IMG/VR virus record: IMGVR_UViG_3300050015_000289
Location: 1-59,231 of that record
Direction: 5' to 3' (one strand)
Length of the DNA: 59,231 bases
Origin: a virus
Lineage: Duplodnaviria; Caudoviricetes
A program made the translations under genes and the position numbers. Every line of letters starts with the position of its first letter. Position 1 is the first letter of the stretch. The notes under the pieces were generated by a model. The model saw only the letters and a program-made list of their open reading frames with translations, had not been told where the DNA came from and searched no databases. Shown here piece after piece: positions 28,889-38,932 of this stretch.

Positions 28889-31342
28889 TTAATAGTCATT
28901 GAATATAAAGCCACCATATTTAAAGGTTTTCCCTTTCTTCGTTTTCATCATTCCACCACACTTCATCTGCTGACTCTGATCTTCGAACTGCTTCATCTGA
29001 ATTGCGTCATCATTGGCCTGTTTAAGGCGTTCTAATGAACGATCTTGACCGACCTTGGCAATTGGATCATTTGGTCTTTCTTCGATGGATTTTGACAGTT
29101 TCTTGCTTATTGCGGAAAATGTTTTACCCTCCAGCGATCCACCGAGATTATATTCTTTTGGGTCTTGCAATCTTAATCTATCTGAAAATATATAGTTATT
29201 GAACTTAGTCTCTCCCTGTTCTACTAGATTAGGCTCTCCATTCTTACCTGCCACCCCCTGTGGTATACCACCGTTAGGATTCTGCTCGTGAGAACCACCA
29301 GTATTAAATTGTGTTAGACGTGGCATAATTCCCCCGATAGAGCCTCCTTTGTCGTATATGTGCGCCTGTGGACTGATATTGACTGTTCCAGCGGCTAACG
29401 CCTGATTAGATTTTGCGATCATAGCAGCCCTATCAGCCTCTTCCTGTTTGTTGCTACCCATAACACTTGATACTCCCCCCAATACTGCTCCTGCTGCGGC
29501 ACCCCAAGGACCTAGTGCCATACCAGCCTGAGCACCACTCATAGCACCTTTTATACCAGCGGTAGTACTGTTATGTCCACCCAAAGTGTCAAGTGCCATA
29601 TTAGCAAGGCCCATGCCAGAGTTTACCTGTCCCATAGATATACCAGGACTAGATTTAATATTATCCAGGGCATGAGACGTCTGCAACCCTGGCTGTGGTG
29701 CTTCTGGTAATACAGGAGAGATACCTTGCATATTACCATCGCCAAGATATCCTGGCTGTCCTGGAAGAAATTGTTCTCTTCCACCCAGATCGTACATCCT
29801 TCCTCCACCCCAATACATCTGGGGTTGCTGAGGTTGATCAGTATTTTGTACTGGAGTGTTGGCATCACTTATATTGTTATGCATAAAACTCATCATAGCT
29901 CCGCCAGTGAAGAATTTCTTTCCGCCAAGGGAATATAGATCTCCACCATGCCATTGTATGGTAGGTAGATCACCGCCGTATTGTTTTTTAGTCGCCATAT
30001 CTCCACCATATTTATATTGTTTTACCCCATAGTGAGGAAGCATTACATTATCATTCTTTAAGAATGGTCTTTGTATGTTATCGGGAATAACTCCACGTTT
30101 AATCTGTTGATCTATCTCTGAATTTAGATATTTAGATATTTCTCCCTTGTCATATCCGTACTGGGACAGAAAACCCATTGAATTCATTGGTCTATACCCC
30201 AAAAAAGTGGGTTGACCTTCTTTGTATTTAAATACTTGTTTAAGTTGTGGAAGATATGAACTATGAGAAGTATTAGTACTTCCTGTAAATACATCTCCAC
30301 GGGATATTCCCTCCGCTGCATCACCAACTTTCTTGGATACGTTTTTCAAATTACCCTCTCCAGATAATGTTAACAACGGCACTTTTTGCTTCACCGTTCC
30401 ACCATAATACGGATAATCCTGCAATTTATTTGGTATCCAGTTGTCAATTTTTCTTCCCAGGTTATCTATTCCACGCAATGCGGAGCTAGCGGTTTGGTCT
30501 ATTGCGTCTTTATTAGAAATTGAACTGGCATGAGACATTATTCCTTCACCAGCCTGAGGTGTAAAACTCCTGCGTAGTATATCGTCGAAAATCTCATCAT
30601 GCTGAACATATCTCCTTCCACTATTCTGCATAGCATTACGTAATCTATCAACATCAAAGTTATTTACATATTGGCTAATTCTATCAATATTATTTCCGCC
30701 TAATGGCTCTCTAATGACGCTAGCGCCCTTAAATGGATTGGTACTATCTTGAATATTTTTAAGATAATCAGCGCCCTCTGATCTAGACTTATTAAATAAT
30801 TGTTGAAAATGTTCTTCTGGGAGATTATTATCTAAGGCATATTTCATTCTTTCTGGCATTTGTGTTCCAGTGGCCTGCAATCGGCCAATTTCCTGTACCT
30901 GCCTTAATGCCTTAACATCTTCCATTGGCATTCTGGGAATGGTATTTTCAACAGGAATACCCATAACCCTTCTCAACGCTTCTCCAGTATTTTTAGCCTT
31001 AGATAAATCACCTATTAAAGGGCCTATGGTACTAAATCCCTTCTGTACTAATGCGGGAGCCATTTCATTCATTAATCCTTGAGTAACAGCGCCAGTTAAT
31101 AGCGGAGTCCTATCATTCCATGATCCCCTTCCCTGTTGGATTTCTTCGTCCGATGGTGGACGTAATCCAGTACCCCAGGTCAATATACCAGTTCCTACAT
31201 CATTTATGTCATTGCCCACATCCTCAAGTTTTTTCCACATTGGTTTTTCCCCATATACCTCAACCTCTGGAAGCATTGTTCCCCCATCTGGAAATTTTCT
31301 TCCGCGTATGATCTTCCTTGGGATGCGTGATTTAACCTTCAT
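28889..31342 (-). CDS. Virion cargo protein with a Gly/Ala-rich membrane-inserting segment
   Basis: GAMSGAQAGMALGPWGAAAGAVLGGVS; GGSHEQNPNGGIPQG..NLVEQGET..YIFSDRL block recalled from crAss-like cargo proteins that follow the muzzle gene. Confidence 0.7.
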   Translation of the reverse strand: MKVKSRIPRKIIRGRKFPDGGTMLPEVEVYGEKPMWKKLEDVGNDINDVGTGILTWGTGLRPPSDEEIQQGRGSWNDRTPLLTGAVTQGLMNEMAPALVQKGFSTIGPLIGDLSKAKNTGEALRRVMGIPVENTIPRMPMEDVKALRQVQEIGRLQATGTQMPERMKYALDNNLPEEHFQQLFNKSRSEGADYLKNIQDSTNPFKGASVIREPLGGNNIDRISQYVNNFDVDRLRNAMQNSGRRYVQHDEIFDDILRRSFTPQAGEGIMSHASSISNKDAIDQTASSALRGIDNLGRKIDNWIPNKLQDYPYYGGTVKQKVPLLTLSGEGNLKNVSKKVGDAAEGISRGDVFTGSTNTSHSSYLPQLKQVFKYKEGQPTFLGYRPMNSMGFLSQYGYDKGEISKYLNSEIDQQIKRGVIPDNIQRPFLKNDNVMLPHYGVKQYKYGGDMATKKQYGGDLPTIQWHGGDLYSLGGKKFFTGGAMMSFMHNNISDANTPVQNTDQPQQPQMYWGGGRMYDLGGREQFLPGQPGYLGDGNMQGISPVLPEAPQPGLQTSHALDNIKSSPGISMGQVNSGMGLANMALDTLGGHNSTTAGIKGAMSGAQAGMALGPWGAAAGAVLGGVSSVMGSNKQEEADRAAMIAKSNQALAAGTVNISPQAHIYDKGGSIGGIMPRLTQFNTGGSHEQNPNGGIPQGVAGKNGEPNLVEQGETKFNNYIFSDRLRLQDPKEYNLGGSLEGKTFSAISKKLSKSIEERPNDPIAKVGQDRSLERLKQANDDAIQMKQFEDQSQQMKCGGMMKTKKGKTFKYGGFIFNDY

Positions 31343-31349
31343 ATCTTAA

Positions 31350-34300
31350 TTAATCAAATACTGAAATATTTTTCCCTGTCTTATAATCAAAATGAGAGAA
31401 TAATGTCCTCTGGTCATTGTAATATAAGACTACATCATTCAAAAGAATCGTTTTATCTGGATTATCAGGTGTGTATGTTAACTTTATAAATAAATAATGA
31501 CCCCTTATCCTAGATATATTATCCGCATTAGATCTTGGTATATATAACCTAGACATCCTGTATCTACGCTTGATAGCATTAGGCATATCTGTTGAATTGA
31601 TAGGCACTGCCGTTAGATAGTCATTATATGCATCAAACGTGCTCAGGTTATCATTGTAATGAATGGTCGGATTGGTAGTGTTAACAATATCATGAGTCCA
31701 TTCTAAGGAATTAAAGAAACAGTCACCCTCAGCATTCTCAGGATTTAGACAAAGAACCAATTCTAAAGGATATTGTACACCGTAAAAATTGCAGGAGTTA
31801 TTACCGATGAAATGGTTCCACACAGTATTCTTCTGTGTATTAGATATGGAATGTAACTTACCATCAATAGTAAACACAAATTCTGCAGGCATATCTAAGA
31901 TGGTAGTAAATCGTTTTATTCCTTCGTCATAGACTAGGGATTCCGTGTCACCCTCGTGAACCAACCCATCGGTAGACTGTCTCTTAATAGTAAAATATAC
32001 ATCATCTGTAATAGGATTGAATCCTAATACAAATTTAGGTTTATATTGTTCATCCGTATCATAACCCTTAACATATTGAGATATTCCAAGTGTATCACTA
32101 AGACCAGAGACTGTTGCCCCTTCTATAAGATTTATAGTTCTACGAATCCTATCCCCATAATATGTTGCAGATGATGTAGATACTATACCATTGAAATCAT
32201 CACACCCAGAATTAGTATTTATATACTGATAGGTATTCAGAACCTGACCAGTGCCAAGTTCTATCGCAATAGCATCAGTAGCCGATACCTGAACCCTTGG
32301 CAAAACACTTACCACGCATACTCCATCTCTCTGGAATACATACAGGATATCGTTAAACTTAACCATCCTGTTTATTCTACCATATTCACCCTCCACATAA
32401 ATCTCCTCGTTAAGAAGCACATCTGTCCAGGAATCTATTATTTCTCCAGCAACCTTAGGTTTAGTGGCAAGAATCCTATTCGCAAAATGTGTGTTCTTAA
32501 TAAGAAGAAATGGGTCTGGCTGAGAAATTATTGCGTTTCCCAACTGAGAGTATACGTTGTTGTATTTATGAAATTGCGCATTAGTGGGTAAGAATATTGC
32601 CTTCCATCCTCCAAAGGAATCGTCAGATCTCTGTGTAATATTGTAAGATGTCTCAACTGGGATCTTAACAATCTCATTCATTTGAATTCTATTACCAGAG
32701 AATGAGACACCGTCTATCCTGGTAATACGAGAAAACAAGAAATCTCCCACGAAGGTGTCACCACAGTTAATAATGTTATATACATCATCGCCAGCAATAT
32801 ACGATCCATCTGAATTTACCAATGATTGATATTTACCGACGTCTATATATTTATTGATAGACCTATCTTCATAATATTTACCACCATATTGATTTTCAAT
32901 GTCTACCACTAGTTCAGCAAGCAAAACATTATCATATGATCCAGGTAATCCGCTAGTTACCGCATCTACTGCATTTTTAAATATAGTTTCATATGGAACC
33001 TGTGTTGACTCCATGAAGGTTATATTCTGAGATGCTATTGCATCAACACCGTATATAGGCTGATTCCATGCAGCAACATTGTTACCTCCATCATGAACAA
33101 ACTCGGTTCTACCGTCTGCAATTATTGACTGCAGAGAATTGGTGAATCTGTAGTTGTCGTTACCATTATATGTGTATATATTAGAATCCAATTTTCCAAT
33201 CAAGGGAGATCCCGCAACATTTATTTCATTTGCAGTACCATCAGATTTCTTCGCCAGAACTGTATATACCTTATATTCTCTATTGTATTGTATTAGCTGC
33301 TCCGTACTAATACCTGGAGCAGATGGATAAGGCTTATTAGGACCTATGTATCCATTAGCGTGTAAGAAATTGCTATCTTCTCCTATAACATCCACAGCGG
33401 GATATAAACTGGGAAGAAATAGATTAGTTGTTGCATCACTAGTTCTTTCTTTGATAAGATTTGTAAGATCTGTATTTACAAGTCTTCCATGTGACGCTCT
33501 ATTAACCTGCTGCAGTGTGGCAACATTTCTTACCCTCATATTGCCATACACGGCAGGATTACCAAAGATGGTCTCTGGAGAGAATAGTTGCATTATCCTG
33601 TTATCCTGAAACGATAACTGTAATCCAGCCCAGGGAGCCAATGTATTACTTGCCTGAGTATCCCTATATATCTCTGTCCATGGAAGAGGGTTTCTATCTC
33701 TTGTATCTTTAGTACTCCTGACATTTATACAAGAGTTCGTATCCAACTTAAAGATTTTAATGTCCTGCGCATCACCTTGCCAATTGATAGTCGATCCTAA
33801 TAGGTCTACTTGATCTTGGTAATGTCTAACCCATGGGGAAGAAATCTTAACATTCCTATCCTTGTATAAATTTCCATTGCTCTCGTTAGCATTAATCTTT
33901 GCATCCGCAGAAGTCTCCTGAAAAATCATGGGAGTTACAATACCTTGAGCAACAATAGATTTGTCAGACTCCAATCTCTCTACTCTTAGAAACTTATATC
34001 CAATGATACCCTGTGCCTTCAATATTGCTATTCCTGCAGATGATATTGTGAATTCAATGGTTGTCCTATATGGCTGAAGATATCCAAAATCTGGTGGTAC
34101 CTTAACGTCGGCTATCCATTGTGGTGTTGATTTTCTAGACTGGGAATCGTAGAACTCTATTCCCCAACGATAAACTTCCCCACTCTTTAGATATCTAGAT
34201 TCATCTACATCAAATCCTTGAGACTCAATGCTGTCCGATGTACCATATGTAAAAGTCTTCCTAACCTTATAAGACACAAACCGTCCTTCGCCACCTGGAT

Positions 34301-35681
34301 CACCAGAACCATCTGGATGTAGGTAATAAAATATTCCATCACCAGCGGGAACAGGCATATTCTTATTCTGTATAGCGTCGTGCTTAATTGAAACATTATC
34401 GCCCGAAATGGTATATGCCCTTGCAGTAGTATCTAGTGCATATGAATTCCCCTCTTTATCTTTTATTATTACATCTCCGCTCTCATTTGCAGAATATGCC
34501 CTTGAATCGAAGAAGTTTTCATCGTCTATGAGAAGATTGAGGTTAACATCCCACACCTGTTCGTTGATATTTCCAAGAATTAACCTATTTTTCTTTGCTA
34601 CTATACACCTAGGGATGATTTCAGATCCTCCAAGAAAGGTGAGTTCTTCTATGGATATCATTGATTGCGCACGTCCATCGTCGATAACAGTGATAGATCC
34701 AGTATTTGGCGATACCCCTTTAGGAGTTGCAAATTCACCAATAATACTTACTATTGGGGTGGTATTTAGATCATTGTACTTTATAGAATAGACCTTCATG
34801 TAGTCGTAATTCGAATCTATATTGTCTATCCGTATAACATTAGACTTACCAACTATCTCATTTACATCTCCACCATTACTTGTCTTACCTATGAAGATAA
34901 GATCTGAAGCTGGCGATATCTTTGTCTGCCCCCCACTGACATTGAATAAATTATATACATATTGTATTGCCCCAGATGTCAACTGACCACCTGGAATCTG
35001 TTGTTTTAAATATGGCTCGGATATAATATACTGTGGAACCATATATAATACTTTCTTGGTCTTGGCGAGATCACTAGTACCTATCGTATTGATTGAAAAT
35101 ACTTGATGTTCTCCATCTGCAACATATAACTTAACAACTTTTTCACTTTCTACATTAATAACTATATCTAGATTTTGTTCCACCAGTGAATTCCATCCAA
35201 GATCGTTTATATATAATAATTTAAGTCCATCATATTTTGCATAAGACCATATACAGTCTATACTATGTTCTGAATATGTTACACTATTAGTCGTAGTTAA
35301 GAAATATGTAATAGGCCCCTCATTGGTGGTGGCAATAATTTCTATATGTGACACTGGGAGATATGTCGCCAGGTCTACAATTTCCTGATTCACAACTCCA
35401 TCGAAAGTAGGTGTTACGGTATCCCCATCAATCTTATATGAAACCTGCAGACTACCACTATTGGCATATATATTGTCTATAGAGGTGAATTCAAATAACA
35501 CAGTATTACCATTCTGGCATCTTACGATGCCATTACTGGGAATATTTAATGACTCTCCGTTGGAATATCCAGACGTAATCCTCCCATTTCTAAGTGTAAA
35601 ATATTGGTTCTTAGAACGTTTAGACGGAGGCATGTCTACATTTGCGCCTCCAAGATAACTATAGACTTCTTTCTTAATCAT
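31350..35681 (-). CDS. Tail stabilization / muzzle protein (P22 gp10-like)
   Basis: 1443 aa, beta-rich; KKNRLILGNI, YLKSGEVYRWGIEF, NQYGG, GDTFV, GEYGRI, RIRGHY; synteny. Confidence 0.8.
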   Translation of the reverse strand: MIKKEVYSYLGGANVDMPPSKRSKNQYFTLRNGRITSGYSNGESLNIPSNGIVRCQNGNTVLFEFTSIDNIYANSGSLQVSYKIDGDTVTPTFDGVVNQEIVDLATYLPVSHIEIIATTNEGPITYFLTTTNSVTYSEHSIDCIWSYAKYDGLKLLYINDLGWNSLVEQNLDIVINVESEKVVKLYVADGEHQVFSINTIGTSDLAKTKKVLYMVPQYIISEPYLKQQIPGGQLTSGAIQYVYNLFNVSGGQTKISPASDLIFIGKTSNGGDVNEIVGKSNVIRIDNIDSNYDYMKVYSIKYNDLNTTPIVSIIGEFATPKGVSPNTGSITVIDDGRAQSMISIEELTFLGGSEIIPRCIVAKKNRLILGNINEQVWDVNLNLLIDDENFFDSRAYSANESGDVIIKDKEGNSYALDTTARAYTISGDNVSIKHDAIQNKNMPVPAGDGIFYYLHPDGSGDPGGEGRFVSYKVRKTFTYGTSDSIESQGFDVDESRYLKSGEVYRWGIEFYDSQSRKSTPQWIADVKVPPDFGYLQPYRTTIEFTISSAGIAILKAQGIIGYKFLRVERLESDKSIVAQGIVTPMIFQETSADAKINANESNGNLYKDRNVKISSPWVRHYQDQVDLLGSTINWQGDAQDIKIFKLDTNSCINVRSTKDTRDRNPLPWTEIYRDTQASNTLAPWAGLQLSFQDNRIMQLFSPETIFGNPAVYGNMRVRNVATLQQVNRASHGRLVNTDLTNLIKERTSDATTNLFLPSLYPAVDVIGEDSNFLHANGYIGPNKPYPSAPGISTEQLIQYNREYKVYTVLAKKSDGTANEINVAGSPLIGKLDSNIYTYNGNDNYRFTNSLQSIIADGRTEFVHDGGNNVAAWNQPIYGVDAIASQNITFMESTQVPYETIFKNAVDAVTSGLPGSYDNVLLAELVVDIENQYGGKYYEDRSINKYIDVGKYQSLVNSDGSYIAGDDVYNIINCGDTFVGDFLFSRITRIDGVSFSGNRIQMNEIVKIPVETSYNITQRSDDSFGGWKAIFLPTNAQFHKYNNVYSQLGNAIISQPDPFLLIKNTHFANRILATKPKVAGEIIDSWTDVLLNEEIYVEGEYGRINRMVKFNDILYVFQRDGVCVVSVLPRVQVSATDAIAIELGTGQVLNTYQYINTNSGCDDFNGIVSTSSATYYGDRIRRTINLIEGATVSGLSDTLGISQYVKGYDTDEQYKPKFVLGFNPITDDVYFTIKRQSTDGLVHEGDTESLVYDEGIKRFTTILDMPAEFVFTIDGKLHSISNTQKNTVWNHFIGNNSCNFYGVQYPLELVLCLNPENAEGDCFFNSLEWTHDIVNTTNPTIHYNDNLSTFDAYNDYLTAVPINSTDMPNAIKRRYRMSRLYIPRSNADNISRIRGHYLFIKLTYTPDNPDKTILLNDVVLYYNDQRTLFSHFDYKTGKNISVFD

Positions 35682-36252
35682 TTAAAGCATTTTTCTTATT
35701 AATATAGAATTTCTTCAAAGATTCAGATATCTTTTCTCGTGTTTCAGTAGACATAGTTGGATTGGCGAGTCTTCTTAATTTCCATCCATCGCTTATTCTG
35801 CGTTTAGTTTCTTCGCTTAATCTCTTTGATTTCTGGAATGCTGATATTTTTCTTCTAGTTTCATCAGAATAAGTTTGTAGTTTTCTTTTCTCTTTCATTA
35901 TGGCCTTAGTTTCCTCCGTATGCTTATATCCTGGAGCACCATCTCCGCCCATAGTTATATTAGTGAGATTATACCCATGAGATCTATAATATCCTATAAG
36001 TTCTATCTCAATTTCCAATGCCTCCTCGAATGAGTCCACCGAATCTAATAATATTATCTCAACCCTAACTCCATCATTCTTAAGTTTTCTGACCCAATTC
36101 TCCCGATGGGTATTGTGGTTTTTCTTGCTATTTAACTTTAAATGATCAGCAAGTCTTTTATTTAAATCCTGACTGGTCACGCCTATATAACGTGGATTGA
36201 ATTCTTCGTCCCGCGGATCAATAAGCGCATATATACTTGTTTTTTTTATCAT
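35674..36252 (-). CDS. GIY-YIG homing endonuclease with NUMOD3-type repeats
   Basis: SIYALIDPR..RYIGVT..RL..H..E..LTNITMGGDG; KHTEETK, SDETRRKIS, SEETKRRIS, STETREKIS. Confidence 0.88.
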   Translation of the reverse strand: MIKKTSIYALIDPRDEEFNPRYIGVTSQDLNKRLADHLKLNSKKNHNTHRENWVRKLKNDGVRVEIILLDSVDSFEEALEIEIELIGYYRSHGYNLTNITMGGDGAPGYKHTEETKAIMKEKRKLQTYSDETRRKISAFQKSKRLSEETKRRISDGWKLRRLANPTMSTETREKISESLKKFYINKKNALND

Positions 36253-37082
36253 TGCTTCCTGATTCTTTCTGGATGACCCATATTACGATAGAAGGTCTTA
36301 GATTGTTTTTCGTTTAGTATAAGCCTGTTCATGGTATTGCTAAGAGACTCTCTCTTGTCAAGAGACATATTGGATGCATTAGCCTGAGACTTACCTACAT
36401 ACCAGCAATATTCTTTCTCTGCATGTTCGCAGGCATATCTAACATCTTTACCCATATCTGCCATAATACCTAGATATTGAGATTTTATATAGTTCTCGAT
36501 GGCCTTTTCTACAGAAGGGTCATTGGGTATCATTGGAAAACCCTCTTCGTCTAAGAGTATACCATCATATGCTATATCTATAGTCCCATGAGAGAAAGAG
36601 GTGTATATATAGTTGCCATTAAACTTATATGTATTACCTGCGGTTATGCCATGCATATATGACTTACCATAGAACTCGTGGAATGGATCGGTAGATTCAA
36701 ACATCTGCATATACTCTTCTCCTCTAACCGTGGGATTCTGAACTATATTTTCAGAGTTATAGATCCACATACCATCCTCTGGATAGTTAATGATGACATT
36801 GGGATCTACGCTTTCGAACGTCCATGTGTCGTGTTTATAGTCATCGCTGGGATTCATAACCCTTCTGGCGGCTCGCATAAAGACCATATCCTCAGGTTTA
36901 AAACATCTATTATCATCTATCCTGAGCCTCATGACCTTAGCCTGCATAAAATCCGCAGAACCTATCAGGCGTATGACATCTATAGCCCATAATATGCCAG
37001 ACTCTATTGGCATATCTGTACACATAGGATTTCGATATACCCTATCTATTACAGATTTTAATGATATGAATGAAGTATACAT
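36249..37082 (-). CDS. Tail ring / tubular protein
   Basis: 277 aa; YKFNGNYIYTSF..GTIDIAY..DEEGFPMIP; located just upstream of the muzzle gene. Confidence 0.7.
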   Translation of the reverse strand: MYTSFISLKSVIDRVYRNPMCTDMPIESGILWAIDVIRLIGSADFMQAKVMRLRIDDNRCFKPEDMVFMRAARRVMNPSDDYKHDTWTFESVDPNVIINYPEDGMWIYNSENIVQNPTVRGEEYMQMFESTDPFHEFYGKSYMHGITAGNTYKFNGNYIYTSFSHGTIDIAYDGILLDEEGFPMIPNDPSVEKAIENYIKSQYLGIMADMGKDVRYACEHAEKEYCWYVGKSQANASNMSLDKRESLSNTMNRLILNEKQSKTFYRNMGHPERIRKQ

Positions 37083-37088
37083 AATTTC

Positions 37089-37619
37089 TTATTTGGTATT
37101 TGTTTCCAATGAGTCAAACTCATTATTGATAATCTTCTTCGCTATATTTCGCTTTATGGCTCTATTAACCTGTGCGGTATAATATAATCTGTTGTGAAAC
37201 ATACACCCTCTCTTCCTGTATATAATGACAAAAACATAGCCATTACTATGAGGATTGGTGTGATATACGAACTGTATTTTCTTTAGATGTGGATAGTCTA
37301 CCCATAATTGTTTCGTTGACTTCCAGTCTATAGGTCTTTTAATAAACACTTCTCCATGTTCATCATATTGAACAAGTGGTTTATATTTTCTTGTTATAAT
37401 ACGACCAAGACTGTACGGCAGTTTAAAGTCATACATCTGATTAGACATTGCATCTGAGATGCCTAATAATATACCATCAAGAACATTACCATAGGTATTT
37501 CTATCTACTTCATGTTTGGTGTCTTTATATGTCTTGAGATAGTTTTTATAGTAATCGCTAATACCATAATCACTGATCACTTTGTGCAACCTTATCTGGC
37601 CTTTCCTCTGTCGCATCAT
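37089..37619 (-). CDS. IHF/HU-like protein of crAss-like phages
   Basis: Basic; helix-helix then DFKLPYSLGRIITRK, and IDWKST; synteny. Overlaps the upstream gene by 50 nt. Confidence 0.65.
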   Translation of the reverse strand: MMRQRKGQIRLHKVISDYGISDYYKNYLKTYKDTKHEVDRNTYGNVLDGILLGISDAMSNQMYDFKLPYSLGRIITRKYKPLVQYDEHGEVFIKRPIDWKSTKQLWVDYPHLKKIQFVYHTNPHSNGYVFVIIYRKRGCMFHNRLYYTAQVNRAIKRNIAKKIINNEFDSLETNTK

Positions 37620-38235
37620 TAAATTCGTCTTTAGGAATTTTTAACATATTCATCACCTTAACATCCACTATCTTTCTAACGTCTATAAGGTTAGCCTCTG
37701 ACAATGGATATTTTACCGTATAGAAATCTTCTATGCCACCAGAAGCAAGATATACAGCCTCTGGATCTTCAAATAATCCTCTGGCAACAACAGAATTTAT
37801 CAATCTATATAAGTTATTCTTACTATTGAATATTAATGTGCCATCCTCATCTATTGCACAATATATCTGGTCTGCATTATATGGGTTATTACCAACGAAT
37901 GGCAACCTCTCAAGATGTACTACGTTCAATGGAATTCTCAACATTGTATCTGCCATACCAGTACCATATACCTTTAATGAAGCATGAGCATTGCCAGTAG
38001 TTTTTATCACCGAAGGAATCTGTATCGTAGACCTGGCATCATCGCCAATAGGCACCGTAAGACTCTGGTATTCTACTGGAGGAACTATATTTCTTGGATC
38101 AGAATATCTCTGCTGTAATACTAATGCTCTGGCATTACGAATCATATAGGCAAACAGTTCTTGTGTCTGATCAGAATCATCACTCATAAGACGAAAGTCT
38201 TCACGAATTGAATAGATTATTTCCTTAAGCGTCAT
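37570..38235 (-). CDS. Tail ring / tubular protein
   Basis: MTLKEIIYSI..SDDSD..RALVL..RGLFEDP..YPL..D..NDA. Confidence 0.7.
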   Translation of the reverse strand: MTLKEIIYSIREDFRLMSDDSDQTQELFAYMIRNARALVLQQRYSDPRNIVPPVEYQSLTVPIGDDARSTIQIPSVIKTTGNAHASLKVYGTGMADTMLRIPLNVVHLERLPFVGNNPYNADQIYCAIDEDGTLIFNSKNNLYRLINSVVARGLFEDPEAVYLASGGIEDFYTVKYPLSEANLIDVRKIVDVKVMNMLKIPKDEFNDATEERPDKVAQSDQ

Positions 38236-38238
38236 GAT

Positions 38239-38826
38239 TTACAGTGTTTTATGTTTACATTTTTCGAAATGCCACCTATGCATTGCAGCTTTCCCTCCAA
38301 TTAATCCGCAATGAGGACATTCTATTTTCTTAATAATGCATTTTCGTCCTATCTTACTTTTTGCCATATTCAATTTAGCCTCTTCTGACATAGGGCCATG
38401 CTTCTTATGCTTTTTATGTTTCTTATGTGTTCGGTGAGGATGCTTACCAACGTGAGCCAATCTTATTCTTTCTTTAGCATCATCGGAAAGTAATCGTTTT
38501 TTCCCTATCTTGGATTCTGATATTTTGTGTCTAGATTCTTCTGACATGTTAATTACTCCATCTCCACCATCCGTATGATTGCAAAGAGATCCATTACCAA
38601 TATCACCTCGTCCATAGAATGAAATCAATTCCCTCTCTTTAATACATGCATCTTCCCATGATAAATCTCTAAATAGAATTTCAACAGAATAACCTGTCTT
38701 ATTAACAATGTTATTCCAATGAGCATTATATCTATATTTCCAATATGCTCTCTTTTCTGTTTTCCCAATGCCAATGTAAAAGACCTCGTTTGTATCTAAT
38801 CTTATATGAGAATATACAATTGCCAT
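38239..38826 (-). CDS. GIY-YIG-like free-standing homing endonuclease (NUMOD3 plus C-terminal Zn finger)
   Basis: IVYSH..FYIGIG..RA..E..LCNHTDGGDG; SEESRHKIS; CPHC..RWHFEKC. Confidence 0.85.
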   Translation of the reverse strand: MAIVYSHIRLDTNEVFYIGIGKTEKRAYWKYRYNAHWNNIVNKTGYSVEILFRDLSWEDACIKERELISFYGRGDIGNGSLCNHTDGGDGVINMSEESRHKISESKIGKKRLLSDDAKERIRLAHVGKHPHRTHKKHKKHKKHGPMSEEAKLNMAKSKIGRKCIIKKIECPHCGLIGGKAAMHRWHFEKCKHKTL

Positions 38827-38847
38827 ATGTTTTCTATAAATATCCTA

Positions 38848-38879
38848 CAAAGATACTCATTTTTATTAAAATATACAAC
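38848..38879 (-). promoter_or_regulatory. Bacteroidota primary-sigma promoter
   Basis: GTTG-N20-TATCTTTG. Confidence 0.7.
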
Positions 38880-38883
38880 ACGT

Positions 38884-38912
38884 AAAAAGGGTGTCTTGCG
38901 AACACCCCCTTT
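38884..38912 (-). terminator. Intrinsic terminator after the auxiliary capsid gene
   Basis: Minus strand reads GGGTGT-tcgcaag-ACACCC-TTTTT. Confidence 0.8.
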
Positions 38913-38932
38913 ATAGCTAAAAATAGTTAAAT

